Made by a program: the position numbers and the translations under genes. Shown here piece by piece: positions 61,293 through 64,000 of a DNA stretch of 64,000 nt (positions are counted from its first letter, which is position 1; each line of letters opens with the position of its first letter). The DNA is taken from IMG/VR virus record IMGVR_UViG_3300037524_001600; one strand, given 5' to 3'. The notes under the pieces were generated by a model. The model worked only from the letters and a program-made list of their open reading frames with translations. It was not told the DNA's origin and did no database searches. The stretch comes from an uncultured virus (IMG/VR IMGVR_UViG_3300037524_001600) (Duplodnaviria > Heunggongvirae > Uroviricota > Caudoviricetes).

Positions 61293-64000
61293 TCAGTTGA
61301 CTCCATACCACCCGAAATTCTCGAAGAAGTCGTCGGGAATTTCCCTGAGCACATCTTCCCTCGTCAAAATGTCCGAATCTTTCATCAGTTTCCCCCCGAT
61401 TCTGGACTTGCCGGGGACCGGTATCAGGCCCAGTTCTATGGCCTCTTCCAGATACGCGTCGTATTTGGCCTTCGGCAGCCCCCTCGCCCTCATCTCGTCC
61501 AGAGTCAGCCTTATGACGTTTCTATCCATAGCCCTGGCATATATTTCCCGCAGGGCCGCCCGGGCCTTGATCATGTCGGCCGCGTTGGTGAAGAAAGCGT
61601 CGTGCACCGTGGACGTCTGCACGCCGCTGCCCCGGCCCCACAGATGGAACCGTTTGACCAGCACCGCGTCGTTGGAGTGATTGCCGTTCACCGCGAACGC
61701 CGTGCGGGCCTTGGTTGTGTCGGCGATGTCGTTGATCTTGCCCGACTTGTTGATGGCCTGCTCCCACCAAGTGGCCTCCGTCTTCTGCGGCACCTGTAGG
61801 ATGTTCTTTATCCAGTTGCCGGCCTCGTCGCGGTAATTCAGCCGCTCCTCGAAGGACTGCGTGAAATGCTGCTCCAGCACTTTCCCGTCGAAATTGACCC
61901 AGGGCACGTTAGTCCAGCTCTTCGGGAGCTTGTTGGCATACAGGACCGGCACGCCGTCGAATCCGACCTCGCGGCCCAGCGCCCTCTTCTCGAAGTCGGG
62001 TATCGGTACGGGAAAGTCGAATTTGAGATAGGTGGCCCCGGTGCGCCTGGTCTCCGGAAGCTCCACGCCGTAAACTATGTCCCTCAGAGTGCCCTGCGGG
62101 TTCCAGAAGGCGAGCCGCTTGAGCAGCTTCTCGCTTACCGGCTCACCCGCCTTCAGGCCCAGCATCTCGCTGAGCCTGTCGGGCAGAACGTACCCCTTCT
62201 TCCTGGTGCCGAGCACGGCTATCTTTCCGATGGACTCCCAGTCGAATGCGGCCTGCGACGGCTTGGCCTCGTTCAGGAACTCCTCGGCCAGTCTTCCAAG
62301 GAACCGCGTGAAATTCTTCAGCACAGGGACCTGCTCCTGCAGGTGCTCGCTCATTATGGCCGCTATCTGCTTGAAGTCGTCCGGCGTCACGACGCGATCG
62401 TACGCGGAGGACATTTTGTCGACCAGGTCGCGCGTCTTGGAGTCCAGAAACCAGAGCTCCTCCATGATGTCCTCGCCGGGGCTCACGCCCCTGTCGAAGA
62501 TGTCCTTGACATTCTTACGCAGCTGGGAGAGCTCCTCGTACAGCTCTGGGTCCAGCTTCTCGTACCTGGCCATCCTGGCCGATATCTCCGCCAGCACCGT
62601 GTCCCTGTCCGACGTCTTCACGACGAGAGTTCCCGTGTCCTTCTCCAGGACCTTCGACAGCTTCCCCTCGACGTTCAGGGTGCCGGTGCGCTCCCCTGCG
62701 CCGTACAGAGTGACCATGTTCTGCGCCTTGGCGGCCTTCCGCAGGTCTTTCTCCGTCAGGCCCAGCCGCTCGTTCATGCGTCTGAACCTCGGATCGTTGT
62801 ACGTGGCCGCCGCGATCTCGTCGTACAGGCGCTTCTTATAGGACGTGGGCACCACGTTGCTCAGCTCCGCCAGCTGCTTGTTCCGCGTGGTGAGGGCTAT
62901 TATCTGCGCGCCGGAGGACGAGGCATCCTGCTCCAGGGCCAGCGCGGTCCTATAGCCGGACAGCGTCTCAAGGGCGCCCTTGGTGTAGTCCCCCCTGAGA
63001 AAGTTGTCCAGTTTGGCCGTCTCCATGGCCAGACGGAAGAACTTACCCAGCTCCTCCCCATCCACTCGGGCCACCAGATCGGAGTCCAGCACGGCGCGTA
63101 TGTCGTTGGGCTTTCCCCTGAGCATGTGATTTCCCAGGCGGACCAGCTCCGGCCTCCATCTCTCGGCGATCTTCTGCCTCCCCGTGAAGGTCAGCGAGTC
63201 GTGCCTCCCCTCGAAGTAATCGCTCAGCCCGCCGAGAAAAGAGCCCACCTGGTCCTGGAAGTTTCGGAAGTCCCTCGGGCTGAACGCCTTCGCCTCCGCC
63301 GTGTTCAGGAACGGTCTGAACGTCTCGCCCGCCTGCGGGCCGACCAGCCCGCGCTCGTAGATGCGCGCCCTGTGGTCCAGGAACGGCATGCTGGAGAACT
63401 TCTTGTCGCCGTCCACGAGCCATTCCATCGCCTTGAAGCGCTCGTAAGAGTCCCCGCGGGAGGCGATGTACTTCCGGTACGTGTTCAGGTCCTCGTACCT
63501 CTGCGCCGCGCCCCTGTCGTCCCGGAAGTATAGGAGCTTTCTCACGAAATCGTAGTAATCGCGGTCCACGCGGAACTCCGCCCTCGCGGCCCAGTTCAGG
63601 GCGTCCGCCATCTCCCGGTCGACGGCGGACTCGGGAAACTCCGAGAAGCTGGAGGAGGACACGATCGGGATACGGGTGTCCTCCAGGCCCAGAACACCTC
63701 TGTCCATGAAGTATGTCTTGTATCCGGGGCGCACTATGAGCCTGTTCTTCGGGTCCACGATGTTCACGCGCAGGCCCAGCTCCACCCGCCTGGACAGCGC
63801 CGCGTATTCCAGCAGCCGCTTGTCCCTGAGCTCCACGTAGTACGACAGCGTGTCGTAGTACGGACCGAAGTACTTGCCGCTCATTCTGCTCTTCATCCTG
63901 CGCTTCTGCACGCCGAAGGTCCCGAGCGAGAACAGCTTGTCCATCTTCTTGGCCTCCATCAGACGGAGACCCAGATTGAACCACTGATTCCTTGACCCGT
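61293..64000 (-). CDS. Large T7-like single-subunit RNA polymerase (RNAP-1), N-terminus beyond the window; candidate virion RNAP
   Basis: DHRARIY, motif A QDASSSGAQ, motif B RKAAKAQNMVTLYG, VNGNHSNDA, motif C VHDAF; the frame stays open from 63959 to the window edge. Confidence 0.88.
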   Translation of the reverse strand, partial: GSRNQWFNLGLRLMEAKKMDKLFSLGTFGVQKRRMKSRMSGKYFGPYYDTLSYYVELRDKRLLEYAALSRRVELGLRVNIVDPKNRLIVRPGYKTYFMDRGVLGLEDTRIPIVSSSSFSEFPESAVDREMADALNWAARAEFRVDRDYYDFVRKLLYFRDDRGAAQRYEDLNTYRKYIASRGDSYERFKAMEWLVDGDKKFSSMPFLDHRARIYERGLVGPQAGETFRPFLNTAEAKAFSPRDFRNFQDQVGSFLGGLSDYFEGRHDSLTFTGRQKIAERWRPELVRLGNHMLRGKPNDIRAVLDSDLVARVDGEELGKFFRLAMETAKLDNFLRGDYTKGALETLSGYRTALALEQDASSSGAQIIALTTRNKQLAELSNVVPTSYKKRLYDEIAAATYNDPRFRRMNERLGLTEKDLRKAAKAQNMVTLYGAGERTGTLNVEGKLSKVLEKDTGTLVVKTSDRDTVLAEISARMARYEKLDPELYEELSQLRKNVKDIFDRGVSPGEDIMEELWFLDSKTRDLVDKMSSAYDRVVTPDDFKQIAAIMSEHLQEQVPVLKNFTRFLGRLAEEFLNEAKPSQAAFDWESIGKIAVLGTRKKGYVLPDRLSEMLGLKAGEPVSEKLLKRLAFWNPQGTLRDIVYGVELPETRRTGATYLKFDFPVPIPDFEKRALGREVGFDGVPVLYANKLPKSWTNVPWVNFDGKVLEQHFTQSFEERLNYRDEAGNWIKNILQVPQKTEATWWEQAINKSGKINDIADTTKARTAFAVNGNHSNDAVLVKRFHLWGRGSGVQTSTVHDAFFTNAADMIKARAALREIYARAMDRNVIRLTLDEMRARGLPKAKYDAYLEEAIELGLIPVPGKSRIGGKLMKDSDILTREDVLREIPDDFFENFGWYGVN

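Noticed and set aside
157..63533. Numerous long plus-strand ORFs (e.g. 22424..24466, 37485..39545, 46622..48358, 61866..63533)
   Set aside because: They are antisense shadows of GC-rich minus-strand genes, with no recognisable motifs or SD/coupling pattern.
1..64000. Prophage/lysogeny module
   Set aside because: No integrase, repressor, partition genes or host flanks are in the window; the rest of the genome is not visible.

Overview
The window is a 64-kb segment of a GC-rich, apparently lytic tailed dsDNA phage. It has a siphovirus-type tail, and its two-component spanins imply a Gram-negative host. Essentially every credible gene is on the minus strand, so transcription runs from 64000 toward 1. 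In that order the window holds: the C-terminal part of a large T7-like single-subunit RNA polymerase within the head module; scaffold, major capsid and head-tail genes; the tail tube; chaperones with a lambda-type GGGAAAG frameshift; a 2999-aa tape measure; a triplicated distal-tail cassette; a split tail-tip gene; and a holin/Rz-Rz1/M15 endolysin lysis cassette. A second T7-like RNAP follows, then a T7-like replication module (SSB, PolA, DenV-like glycosylase, 5'-3' exonuclease, GIY-YIG, primase-helicase, class II RNR, ATP ligase). About 20 kb of small accessory genes close the window, including one tRNA(CAT). The most unusual signals are non-coding: (1) a circularly permuted, anticodon-less tRNA-like module with an internal CCA, embedded in a ~300-nt structured RNA directly behind a conserved unknown gene; (2) four covarying copies of a small H-type pseudoknot in two intergenic RNA islands; (3) two distinct repeated promoter-like motifs, one with a covarying hairpin, matching the two RNA polymerases. 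All family assignments come from motif recognition by eye; no searches were run.
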